A stretch of DNA of 64,000 bases from Faecalibacillus sp. (lineage in GTDB: Bacteria > Bacillota_I > Bacilli_A > RFN20 > CAG-826), in the NCBI GenBank assembly GCA_963588175.1, contig CAVAGP010000004.1, forward strand, positions 9,339 through 73,338. The letters are read 5' to 3'. Shown one piece after another: positions 8,746 to 17,051 of this stretch. Under the pieces are notes generated by a model, which ran no database searches, was not told the origin of the DNA, and saw only the letters and a program-made list of their open reading frames with translations. How positions within the stretch are numbered: the first letter of the stretch is position 1; every line of letters starts with the position of its first letter. A program made the position numbers and the translations under genes.

Positions 8746-9243
8746 ATGTCGGATAAGAAACGTATTGAAGTTATTAATAAAGCTAACCATATTGTTGTTA
8801 TGATCACCCGCAATCCCGTTTTTCGTATGGAATGGGAACGCAAGGGCGCCAAGAAACCTGTACCTTACGAAGTACTGGAGTCTGCTATCTATGACCCGGG
8901 CGTAGAATATCTGTTTAAGCAGGGTATCCTCTATATCGAAGATATGCAGACAAAAATTGATCTCGGCCTGGAGCCGGAGGGTGCAACAGAACCCAAAAAC
9001 ATCAAGATTCTTGAGGACGGAGAGAAAGAACGCTACATCATGCAGATGGATATCGACGAGTTTAAAGAAGCTGTTGCCGAACTCACTCGCGAACAGGTAG
9101 TAGAACTATTTGATTATGCAGTAGCTAATGAATTGAATGTAGCATTTAACAAAAATAAATTTTTCAAGTCTAAATATGGTTTAGATATGATTTCTGCTAT
9201 TCATCTGAAACAGTTAGACGAAGAAGATACCGAGGAAAAATAA
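8746..9243 (+). CDS. hypothetical protein (acidic, head-tail region)
   Basis: A 165-aa ORF with an RBS (AAAAGGAG). No motif was recognised. Confidence 0.5.
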   Translation: MSDKKRIEVINKANHIVVMITRNPVFRMEWERKGAKKPVPYEVLESAIYDPGVEYLFKQGILYIEDMQTKIDLGLEPEGATEPKNIKILEDGEKERYIMQMDIDEFKEAVAELTREQVVELFDYAVANELNVAFNKNKFFKSKYGLDMISAIHLKQLDEEDTEEK

Positions 9244-9258
9244 ACAGGAGGCTGAATA

Positions 9259-9903
9259 ATGGGTACATCTTTTGAGGTTGTATATGATGCTTTCCTTTCA
9301 AAAATATTAGAAGATGAGTGGGGGGACTGGACCATTGATGAAATGGAGCTAGACTTGCGCATGATTATGGAGGCCGCAATTCCGTGGTTTAAATTTCCTA
9401 GAACCCCCCTTACTAGAACAGATAGTGGATTTGACAATGAACTGTCTAATGAGATTGTTCAAATCATTGCCAATTACATGGTATATGAATGGGCGCAGCG
9501 CAGTATATTAACTTGGGAAAATATTAAAGCGAATTATACCGAGAGAGATTTCTCTCAGGCTAATTTACTGGATAAGTTAAATGCGACCGCAGATGTTGCG
9601 AAGAAGAAGGCTAAAAATCTTGAAGCAATGTACTATCGCTCTAGAGACGGTCGTCCTTATGCCTATCGGAATTTGGCGTCGCAGACTACTAACTTTACTT
9701 CTTTGTCGCCGACAGCCCTCTTTAAGGAGAGTGATCCTACTGTATCTGATTGGGCAAAGGCAGAAAAGAAGCCTAGTTATACCGCCGATGAGGTAGGCGC
9801 CGCATCTAAAAGTGATCTTTTGGCTTACGCTACTTCAGACTTTGTGACTGAGTCTATTAAAAAAGCACTCGCAGATCTTGATGCTAGCGAGGTGAACTAC
9901 TGA
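9259..9903 (+). CDS. putative head-tail adaptor/connector protein
   Basis: A 214-aa ORF with an RBS (AGGAGG). The N-terminus (FEVVYDAFLSKILEDEW...) resembles gp6/gp15-type adaptors, and the position fits. Confidence 0.4.
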   Translation: MGTSFEVVYDAFLSKILEDEWGDWTIDEMELDLRMIMEAAIPWFKFPRTPLTRTDSGFDNELSNEIVQIIANYMVYEWAQRSILTWENIKANYTERDFSQANLLDKLNATADVAKKKAKNLEAMYYRSRDGRPYAYRNLASQTTNFTSLSPTALFKESDPTVSDWAKAEKKPSYTADEVGAASKSDLLAYATSDFVTESIKKALADLDASEVNY

Positions 9904-11501
9904 TGAGTAAAAAGTTATATGAAGAAGATCAGGTTTCTGCTATCGCGAATGCCATACGAGAAAAAAATGGCGCTGAAACTACTTATAAGGTTTCTGAAAT
10001 GGCGCAAGCAATTTTAGAATTATCTAGCGAGCAAACAAAAAATAACGTTTTTACATATAATGAAGAGCAGATTTGTGAATTTAACGATAAATGCCAAACT
10101 CAGATAAGATATGCTAAGTCTAATTATGAAGAAAGTATATATCCGACGATCGAAGACTGGTTAAAAGACGAATCTTTGATTGTTCACAGCGGAGATGAAA
10201 TCGATACTTCAAAAAATTTTTCTGCGATGACAGTTTGGAGCAATGATTATCAATATGCTGCGATGGCTTGTCTTTCTGTTAACTTAAATGGAGAGTTTTT
10301 AACTGATACTTTTACTATCATAACGACAGAAGAATTTATTTATTCTATCTCTGAGGACTTTAAATTAAATAAAAATGAAGGAATGGTCGTTGATATTATT
10401 TATACCCCAGACTATACTTCTTTAATTTTTCCAATGACCACTTACAGAACAGACTTATATGATAACTGCAATGACAGCTCGAGCATGGACGCTAGAGCAG
10501 TTTCAAGTTTTGGAAAACTTATTTATGATAATAAAACCAAAAAAGTAAAAAACCCCTCTACTAATCCAGTAACCCTATTTTTAGACGATTATGGGAGACT
10601 TCATGAATATTCATTAAAATACATTTCTATGCTGCAAAGATTAATGCCTGAGTTGGACTGGTCAAAGTGGGATATAACACAATCCGAATTGTTTTCTAAA
10701 CTTTTGCCGTGTTTTGTTCCCGAAGAATTTATCAAAATTGTTGAAAATTTGAGTAATTCTATCGATGGGAGAGTTACTATTTCACATAATATATCAGAAT
10801 ATGTAGACAATAAGCCAATTCCTTTTTACATAAGAGAAGGATCTGGAGCATTCTACTCGACGGGGTCGTCTAATCTTTCAAATGACAGCATCGAAGTAGA
10901 CACTTATAATTATTTAACTCAGCCTTCTTTTTTGATGTTTATGTTACCGATGAATGACGACAATGGCTGGTCGAAAGATTACCTTAAAAAATTACAGGAG
11001 GATGAAGAAAAAGTTGAACAAGTATTTCTTAAAATGTATGCTGTGTGCTCTAAATTAGCGAAAGTAGAAGCTGTAAGATATTTATGCGCAGAACCATACG
11101 ACGTATCAGAGCAAGGACTAATGTATTCTTGTCAATTTCGTCTCGGGTGGGCAACGCCAAGTTATGCTACCAAAATGAAAGAGATAAGTTGGTGGACTTG
11201 GGAGGAATTTAATCACTACGATTATATCAACAAATATTATCTTCCAAAAGATGCTCACGAAACTGATTCTTGCATGAGGTACTACAGTGGCTCAAGAGAA
11301 GATGATCAATTTCATCTCTGTTTCGGATCCTCAGTGGGCACCACAGATAATTATAATACGAAGGAAGACAAGTATTTTATCGTTGTTCCGGTTACTTTCG
11401 TAGAAGTGAGCGGTAAGATTTACTATTCTGAAGGAGGTTTTATTCCACCCTTCTTTGAAGCTCCTTTTACTCTGCCGCCTAATTTGAGAATAGGAGGATA
11501 A
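9903..11501 (+). CDS. hypothetical protein, 532 aa
   Basis: A long uninterrupted ORF whose start overlaps the upstream stop (ATGA). It is noticeably AT-rich. No motif was recognised. Confidence 0.5.
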   Translation: MSKKLYEEDQVSAIANAIREKNGAETTYKVSEMAQAILELSSEQTKNNVFTYNEEQICEFNDKCQTQIRYAKSNYEESIYPTIEDWLKDESLIVHSGDEIDTSKNFSAMTVWSNDYQYAAMACLSVNLNGEFLTDTFTIITTEEFIYSISEDFKLNKNEGMVVDIIYTPDYTSLIFPMTTYRTDLYDNCNDSSSMDARAVSSFGKLIYDNKTKKVKNPSTNPVTLFLDDYGRLHEYSLKYISMLQRLMPELDWSKWDITQSELFSKLLPCFVPEEFIKIVENLSNSIDGRVTISHNISEYVDNKPIPFYIREGSGAFYSTGSSNLSNDSIEVDTYNYLTQPSFLMFMLPMNDDNGWSKDYLKKLQEDEEKVEQVFLKMYAVCSKLAKVEAVRYLCAEPYDVSEQGLMYSCQFRLGWATPSYATKMKEISWWTWEEFNHYDYINKYYLPKDAHETDSCMRYYSGSREDDQFHLCFGSSVGTTDNYNTKEDKYFIVVPVTFVEVSGKIYYSEGGFIPPFFEAPFTLPPNLRIGG

Positions 11502-11505
11502 CGAT

Positions 11506-11802
11506 ATGCAATACCGAGAGGGAATGAAAGAGGGCTACCAAAATAAGCTCAAATCCAAACTCTTTGGTCTCCTCTGTGAATATGAAAAAGGACGAGATTG
11601 GGAACGATTTCTTGACTCTATTCTTATTGAGTTAATGGGATACGACTCCAACCAGAGAACGATAAACTACTACATTCTCTACTATAAACTCTCGTCCCTT
11701 CGATATCTTAGTTATCGCTATTTTAGAACTACAATCTTTGACGCTATGACACTTGTCGGCGGCTTAGAAGAGGAGGAGGAAAAAGAAATTGGCTCAATAT
11801 GA
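11506..11802 (+). CDS. hypothetical protein
   Basis: A 98-aa ORF with an RBS (AGGAGGA) in the head-tail joining region. Confidence 0.45.
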   Translation: MQYREGMKEGYQNKLKSKLFGLLCEYEKGRDWERFLDSILIELMGYDSNQRTINYYILYYKLSSLRYLSYRYFRTTIFDAMTLVGGLEEEEEKEIGSI

Positions 11803-12505
11803 TACTTATTTTAGACGCCTAAATCGATATGGAACCAACTACCAAGAACGGCTTCAAAATAAAAGAGAAGAGAATTTCGAGCGTCAGCTAGACTCCTCTA
11901 TATATCGTGTCCAGTTTACCTATGACGGCTTCGTCCAAGAAGGAGAGCTGACGAAAAAAGCGCAAGACGAAACAGAAAATACCGCATATCTTTTAACGCG
12001 ACTCTCCCTTGATATGCCGGGCGGCACAATAATTTCCGTCCCTGATAAAAACGGAAAAAATGTAAACTGGATGGTTTACTGGCTCGAAAATATGCAAGCT
12101 AGTGGTTACAATCGTTATATACTCCTACGAATGACTCATCTGATCAAATGGTATCATGGAGGAGCTTGGCAAGAAATTCCTGCTTATATGTATGGACAGG
12201 AAGATAATATGCTTAAAAATGAAATTAAATCGCGAAGTCGCATGGACACGATTTATGCAGAAAATACAAAATTAAGTTTCTTCGTCTGTCCGCATCGATC
12301 AACAATGCACAAAGATGATTATTTTGAATTAGAAACAAATGGAACAAAGGAAGCCTACCGAATCACGGGTATGGATATACAATCAACCGCTGGCGTTGCT
12401 TATGTTACTGTTGATCCAATTCATCAGTATGATTTCTCCTCTCCAAAAATAAACAAAGAGGATGAAGAGAGCGATGTCTTTTGGTTGAAGGGAGGTGTTG
12501 ATTAA
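11789..12505 (+). CDS. hypothetical protein (head-tail joining/neck region)
   Basis: A 238-aa ORF that overlaps both neighbours, consistent with translational coupling. Confidence 0.5.
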   Translation: MAQYDTYFRRLNRYGTNYQERLQNKREENFERQLDSSIYRVQFTYDGFVQEGELTKKAQDETENTAYLLTRLSLDMPGGTIISVPDKNGKNVNWMVYWLENMQASGYNRYILLRMTHLIKWYHGGAWQEIPAYMYGQEDNMLKNEIKSRSRMDTIYAENTKLSFFVCPHRSTMHKDDYFELETNGTKEAYRITGMDIQSTAGVAYVTVDPIHQYDFSSPKINKEDEESDVFWLKGGVD

Positions 12506-13002
12506 TGGCTGTTAGAAATTGTGCGGAAGTCGGCCGCAATTTACAGACTATTGTATCTCGCCTAATGGAGAATCAGAATTTATTGAAATATCTTTATTAT
12601 ACAGACAAAGACCCTTTATCAAATCTAGATTTGACTACAAAGCAGAAGGAATCGGAAATCTTTGACCGTTTAATCCGAATTACGCCACGAGTGGCACCAG
12701 AGGATTTTGACCTTGGTCAAAGCATGGTATCTATACGAGTGGTCAGCGGCAGACGCAATAGCGACAACAGAGAGTTCAAAAATGTATCTATTGCTATTGA
12801 GGTGTTTGTACCTTTAAAAAACTGGATTATTAAAGAGTCTAATCTGCGGCCGTTTTCTATTCTTGGAGAATTGCAAAAATCCTTAGATGGAAAAACTATT
12901 GATGGAGTAGGAAAGCTGACGGGCGGCGACTTTGATCTCAACTTTTTAACAGACGAAATGTCCTGCTATGAGCAAACGTTTTCCTTGATATCATATGACT
13001 GA
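12505..13002 (+). CDS. hypothetical protein (tail completion/neck region)
   Basis: A 165-aa ORF with an ATGG/TAATG overlap with the upstream gene. Confidence 0.5.
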   Translation: MAVRNCAEVGRNLQTIVSRLMENQNLLKYLYYTDKDPLSNLDLTTKQKESEIFDRLIRITPRVAPEDFDLGQSMVSIRVVSGRRNSDNREFKNVSIAIEVFVPLKNWIIKESNLRPFSILGELQKSLDGKTIDGVGKLTGGDFDLNFLTDEMSCYEQTFSLISYD

Positions 13003-13762
13003 TAACGGTAGCGGGGCTCGCTTCTTTCTAGGCAAGCCCTATCGTTTTAATGATATTTGTTCTGTTTTTCCTCCTACTATAAATGATGTGTGTACTGATG
13101 AGTTTCCTCAGTACAAGGCAATGCTAACCCTATCCCAAGAAGATATTGAAGACATATTTCAGAAAGAGGTCGAAGATGACCCTTCTTTTGTAGTGCCGAC
13201 GCCCTTCGATTTCTTTCTTGGAAATTGCTATCATAGCAAAGACTATCGGAAGATGGCCTATAAAACTTTTCGTTTCTTTTGTCACGAAAAGATCGAGATT
13301 CTTTTTGATATGAAAGCTATTGTTATGGGGGACTTAGAGAAGCAAGTCGAAATTGCACGTTCAACCGACGATTTGCGCGCGAATTTGCGCATGATTACAG
13401 AGAACGATTTTTTCGACTTCCAAAACCTAATTCGGCAAGCGTGCGGAGAAAAGCCTGCCGTGCCGCCGGACCCTGATGAAGATCCTAGAATAAAGAGAAT
13501 AAAAGCGAAGGGACGTTACAGAGATAAAATCGCCGCCAAAAAGAATGGCACCAGTCTCGAAACTTTGCTGAGCTCGATTTGTTGTATGGGTCTAGGTTTA
13601 ACTCCACTTAATATCGGAGAGATAAGCTATGCTGCGGCCGTTAAGCTCGTAGACCGCTACCAAGCAAAAGAAAAATATGAGCTTGATGTCTCTAGTCTAC
13701 TTGCGGGCGCAGACTCAAAAACTGTAAAGCCTAAATATTGGATTAAAAATGACTCTGATTAA
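12995..13762 (+). CDS. hypothetical protein
   Basis: A 255-aa ORF that overlaps the upstream gene by 8 nt and directly precedes the tail-tube gene. Confidence 0.5.
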   Translation: MTDNGSGARFFLGKPYRFNDICSVFPPTINDVCTDEFPQYKAMLTLSQEDIEDIFQKEVEDDPSFVVPTPFDFFLGNCYHSKDYRKMAYKTFRFFCHEKIEILFDMKAIVMGDLEKQVEIARSTDDLRANLRMITENDFFDFQNLIRQACGEKPAVPPDPDEDPRIKRIKAKGRYRDKIAAKKNGTSLETLLSSICCMGLGLTPLNIGEISYAAAVKLVDRYQAKEKYELDVSSLLAGADSKTVKPKYWIKNDSD

Positions 13763-13780
13763 ACCGCAGGAGGATTAATT

Positions 13781-13789
13781 ATGAATATT
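13781..13789 (+). CDS. major tail (tube) protein, exon 1 (9 nt: ATG AAT ATT)
   Basis: An excellent RBS (GCAGGAGG) lies 7 nt upstream of ATG13781. The apparent ORF dies after 13 codons. AUAUU at 13785-13789 can pair with GGUAU at 13802-13806 (P1). The boundary could also be after U13786. Confidence 0.55.
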
Positions 13790-15017
13790 TTAAGTAGATA
13801 CGGTATAGAAATGCCGCGATAGGAAGAAATTCCTATTGATAATCTCGTGAATTGCTGGGAACTCCTAAAGCTAATCAAACTACAACATAAGAAGTAATTC
13901 TAAGTGTGATAGTTTAAAAATTGATTAGATGGTAAATAAGAGGTTTTAAAATGGACAATCAGCAGCTAAGCATCAATTCTGAAATTTATTATTGTAAACC
14001 TAAACTCGGATATGGATTTATTTATAGATACACTTCTCCTTCTGGTAAAGAGTATATAGGCCAGACATCCGGAACGCTGAAGAAAAGAGCTAAAAATCTC
14101 ATCTCTGGAGATGGATATAAGAAATGTTCTCTTTTTTGGAAGGCAATACGGAAATATGGTTTTTTAAACTTGAAAGTGGAAATACTAGAAGAGGTTCCTC
14201 TTAGTGAGTTAAATAAGAAGGAAGAGTTTTATATTCAAAAATTTGATACACTCGCCCCAAAAGGCTATAACTTAACGGGAGGAGGGGAAGGGGGAAAAAA
14301 GAAAGACGTCTATGTCTATTCTGCGCAAACAGGATGTTTTCTTGAACATTATTCTAGTTTAACAGAGGCTTCTTTGTTCACAGAAGTTCCTGTTGAAACG
14401 ATTAGCGTAATAATGAATCAGAATCATCGAAAGCAATCTCATAATCTAATATTTCTTGACAATTACTTGGAAAGTTATGATATTTCTAAATTAGCGAAAA
14501 AGAATTTTACTAGAGTTTATGTTTATGATAAGGAAGGGTTTTATCTTAATTACTATGATAAGATTACCGAAGCGGCGAAAAATTTAAAGATTAGTGACAG
14601 TTCAATTTGGAACGTTCTAACCGGAAGATCTCTCCATGCAGCTTCTTATCAGTTTAGTAGGGAAAAAGTAGATAAAATGCCACCTCTTCCTCGGAATAGC
14701 CGTTCTCCAATTTCTGTCTGTCAGATTGACCCAAAATCAGGAGAAGAGATTCAGAAGTTCCCTTCCCTCAGTGAAGCTGCGCGAGCGGTCGGAATAGTTA
14801 ATGGAAATAATATCAAAAGAGTGGCCACATCTGGAAAAGGGACAAGTGGAGGGTATTTTTGGAGAATTGATGAAAGTTCAACGACTAAGAGCGGACAAAA
14901 CCCCAGTCCGACTGTGCGAGACTCCCATTAAGGGATGAAGATATAGTCTAATCTTATGTGAAAATATAAGCAGCGCCTAAAAAGCGCGGGCAATTTGGGA
15001 AATTGCCGAATATAATG
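13790..15017 (+). mobile_element. group I intron 2 (tail-tube gene) with a GIY-YIG homing-endonuclease ORF in the P6 region
   Basis: Core elements: P GAATTGCTGGGAACTCC 13849-13865, Q AATCAGCAGC 13957-13966, R GTTCAACGACTAAG 14876-14889, S GATGAAGATATAGTC 14934-14948. Three hairpins follow, then ...AATATAATG ending at G15017. Confidence 0.85.
13951..14931 (+). CDS. GIY-YIG homing endonuclease (I-TevI-like), intron-encoded
   Basis: The N-terminus GYGFIYRYTSPSGKEYIGQT...R...H... plus YNLTGGGEG is the GIY-YIG module. Repeated C-terminal helix-turn-helix-like modules (SLTEA..., ITEAAKNLKISDSSIWNVL, SLSEAARAVGI...) are present. The start overlaps Q and the 3' end overlaps R. Confidence 0.85.
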   Translation: MDNQQLSINSEIYYCKPKLGYGFIYRYTSPSGKEYIGQTSGTLKKRAKNLISGDGYKKCSLFWKAIRKYGFLNLKVEILEEVPLSELNKKEEFYIQKFDTLAPKGYNLTGGGEGGKKKDVYVYSAQTGCFLEHYSSLTEASLFTEVPVETISVIMNQNHRKQSHNLIFLDNYLESYDISKLAKKNFTRVYVYDKEGFYLNYYDKITEAAKNLKISDSSIWNVLTGRSLHAASYQFSREKVDKMPPLPRNSRSPISVCQIDPKSGEEIQKFPSLSEAARAVGIVNGNNIKRVATSGKGTSGGYFWRIDESSTTKSGQNPSPTVRDSH

Positions 15018-15542
15018 ATTAAAGAAGTTGCAGATGTATCCTTCTATCAGATTAACGAAGACGGGTCTATGGGCGCTCCGGTGCTTTACTTGGACTCTCT
15101 TAAAGTATCCACCATTGAACAGACGGCTGAAAATACCTCTGCAAAAGGTGGTAAAGGTAATGTTGACCTCGTTATGTGGGACTATGGTCGTGAAATTACC
15201 GTAACTCTTGAAGATGCTCTGTTCTCTGCCAAGTCTATGGCATTGATGTTTGGCTCTCTGTTCGATCAGGAAGACAAACAGGGTACAAAATCCCTTGCTT
15301 CCGCTACTTCTATTTATAGAACTGTTCCGAAGGTTGACTTTGAATCTGTTCTGGGTACCGAAGGCAAGGCTGTTGTAAATGGTTCTACATTTACTGTAAC
15401 TGATACTAAGTATTACGACGAAAACGGCGACACTGCTGAAAAGGCTTCCGCCGCTTATGCTGTAGTTGCTATGACTGTAGATGGTGTAGAAATTGCTATT
15501 TCTTCCGATACATTCCCGGGCACCTACACAATTATCGGAGAT
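15018..15542 (+). CDS. major tail (tube) protein, exon 2
   Basis: Frame continuity with exon 1 gives MNI|IKEVADVSFYQ.... No RBS precedes this segment. The exon ends at GGAGAU 15537-15542, which pairs perfectly with GUCUCC 15556-15561. The ORF tail KPRNCLLAA-stop is intron sequence. Confidence 0.7.
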
Positions 15543-16466
15543 AAACCGCGTAATTGTCTCCTCGCTGCGTGAGTAGCGATAAATAAAATTGGTGAATTGC
15601 GGGAACCCTAAACCACAAGGCATGGGAATCCGCAGCTAAAGGAGAAAAATGGTAGACGTTTATCGTTGTCCAAAGAAAGGGTATGGATATATCTATAAGT
15701 ACACGAGCCCTTCTGGAAAAAGTTATATTGGACAAACGACCACTTCCCTCGTTTTGAGGAGTGGTAAAAGAGGGAAAAAATATCTCGGATGTAAGGCATT
15801 TTATAATGCCATAAAGAAATATGGCTTTGAAAATTTTACGGTCGAAATTTTAGGCGAGTATAAAATTAACGCGTTAGATACAAAAGAAAAGTATTTCATT
15901 CATCGGTATAATACTTTGTTGCCATATGGCTACAATGTAAAGGATGGAGGACAAAATACTTCCCGATGCGCGCGACCAATTTACGCCTATAACTTAGATG
16001 GAACATTTTATAAGAAATATTTTAATCAAGCCGAGGCAAGAAAAGAATTTGGAATTGATGGGTCCGATATCAGTAAGTGCGCCGATGGAAAACTACATTT
16101 CGTTAGAGGAAAAATTTGGCGAAGAGAGTATTCGAGTAGCGTGGAACCTGTTTCTACGGGGAAGAATGGTGCAAAGCCTGTTCTTCAAATCGACCCAAAA
16201 ACAAATCAAATTTTGAACGTTTACGATTCGGCCAGTTCTGCCGCCCGCGCTTTGGGTATTTCTAGACCTACTGGAATATCGAAGTGCTGTTTGGGTAAAC
16301 AAAATATAAGTGCAGGATATAAGTGGCAATTTCTTCAAAGTTCAACGACTAAAGACCTCTAGAATCTCTGAGGGTAGTGCCAATCTCTTCCACGATATTG
16401 GAAGATGAAGAGATAGTCTAATCTTTATAGAAATATAAAGAAGTTTGAGAAACGGTAATAGAAATG
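15543..16466 (+). mobile_element. group I intron 3 (tail-tube gene) with a GIY-YIG homing-endonuclease ORF
   Basis: Core elements: P GAATTGCGGGAACCC 15594-15608, Q AATCCGCAGC 15627-15636, R GTTCAACGACTAA 16340-16352, S GATGAAGAGATAGTC 16404-16418. The intron ends ...ATAGAAATG at G16466. Confidence 0.85.
15649..16362 (+). CDS. GIY-YIG homing endonuclease, intron-encoded (paralog of 13951-14931)
   Basis: GYGYIYKYTSPSGKSYIGQT and YNVKDGGQ motifs are present, with C-terminal HTH-like modules (SASSAARALGISRPTGISKC). RBS AAAGGAG lies upstream. The 3' end overlaps R. Confidence 0.85.
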   Translation: MVDVYRCPKKGYGYIYKYTSPSGKSYIGQTTTSLVLRSGKRGKKYLGCKAFYNAIKKYGFENFTVEILGEYKINALDTKEKYFIHRYNTLLPYGYNVKDGGQNTSRCARPIYAYNLDGTFYKKYFNQAEARKEFGIDGSDISKCADGKLHFVRGKIWRREYSSSVEPVSTGKNGAKPVLQIDPKTNQILNVYDSASSAARALGISRPTGISKCCLGKQNISAGYKWQFLQSSTTKDL

Positions 16467-16503
16467 ACTTACGCAAGATCTGAAACAACTGGTAAAGATG
16501 AGT
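16467..16503 (+). CDS. major tail (tube) protein, exon 3 (37-nt micro-exon, TYARSETTGKDE + 1 nt)
   Basis: This is the only open frame between introns 3 and 4. GAGU at 16500-16503 pairs with guide AGCUC at 16515-19, with the U-G pair at the junction. Phase 1 is completed exactly by the two leading T residues of exon 4. Confidence 0.6.
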
Positions 16504-16823
16504 TAACTTGGAATAGCTCACTCGCAGCGTAAGCTGCCCGATTAAACATGATTAATTGCTGGAAACTCCTAAAGCTAATTAGACTACAACGGAGTTAATT
16601 GTAACAAACGTGAATGTTTTAAAAACTAATTAGATGTAATAATGGACAATCAGCAGCCGAGCAATTGAAAGATTGTGGGTCCAACGACTAGCGAAAGCGT
16701 AGGGACGAAGCGTCTCGAAAAATCATGCCCCCTTTTTAAGGGGTGAAGATATAGTCTAATCTCATATGAAAGTATGAGCAGTTATAAACGGCATAGAAGT
16801 AGCGCTCTATGTGAATATTAATG
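16504..16823 (+). mobile_element. group I intron 4 (tail-tube gene), ORF-less
   Basis: Core elements: P TAATTGCTGGAAACTCC 16553-16569, Q AATCAGCAGC 16648-16657, R GTCCAACGACTAG 16679-16691, S GGTGAAGATATAGTC 16742-16756. The intron ends ...ATTAATG at G16823. Only an 8-codon ORF remnant (MDNQQPSN-stop) lies where intron 2 has its GIY-YIG gene. Confidence 0.8.
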
Positions 16824-16996
16824 TTTTCCAGTTTGTTATTCCGAAGGCCAAGGTACTGTCCGAAGTTACCCTTACCATGGAAGCAGAAGGCGATCCTTCT
16901 ACTTTCTCCATGAACCTGAAGGTGCTTCGTCCGGCCGACAAGCAGATGATGAAACTTATCAAATATACTGTACCGGAAACCGCTATCGGCGGCTAA
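16824..16996 (+). CDS. major tail (tube) protein, exon 4
   Basis: The join reads ...GKDE-F-FQFVIPKAKVLSEVTLTMEAEGDPSTFSMNLKVL.... The four exons total 744 nt, giving 247 aa in one frame. A strong terminator follows. Confidence 0.7.
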
Positions 16997-17005
16997 ATAA
17001 TTTAG

Positions 17006-17037
17006 GTGGGTGGCGGCTTCGTCACCCACTTTTTATT
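17006..17037 (+). terminator. intrinsic terminator after the tail-tube gene
   Basis: A 9-bp GC-rich stem (GTGGGTGGC / GTCACCCAC) has loop GGCTTC and is followed by TTTTTATT. Confidence 0.7.
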
Positions 17038-17051
17038 AGAGGAGAATTTCT

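Noticed and set aside
8694-8756. A 20-codon mini-ORF (MPFFHIFYHWSKKEMTRYVG) starting in the loop of the capsid terminator.
   Set aside because: The GGAGG-to-ATG spacing is too short, and the ORF lies within the terminator stem and U-tract. It is most likely fortuitous.
14928-15623. A 231-aa ORF on the - strand spanning the 3' end of intron 2 and tail-tube exon 2.
   Set aside because: It is antisense to a well-supported exon, has no RBS, crosses an intron/exon boundary and has low-complexity shadow-frame composition. The same reasoning applies to other antisense track ORFs inside long genes: 22519-22908, 22668-23093, 23310-23819, 26343-27002, 33353-33706, 42091-42483, 52864-53307 and 59937-60371.
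16811-16823. A GTG16811 start, which would make the 61-aa C-terminal tail-tube fragment an independent gene. TTG15003 was considered in the same way for exon 2.
   Set aside because: There is no RBS, the upstream codons are intron P9 hairpin sequence, and the fragments complete a single frame only when spliced.
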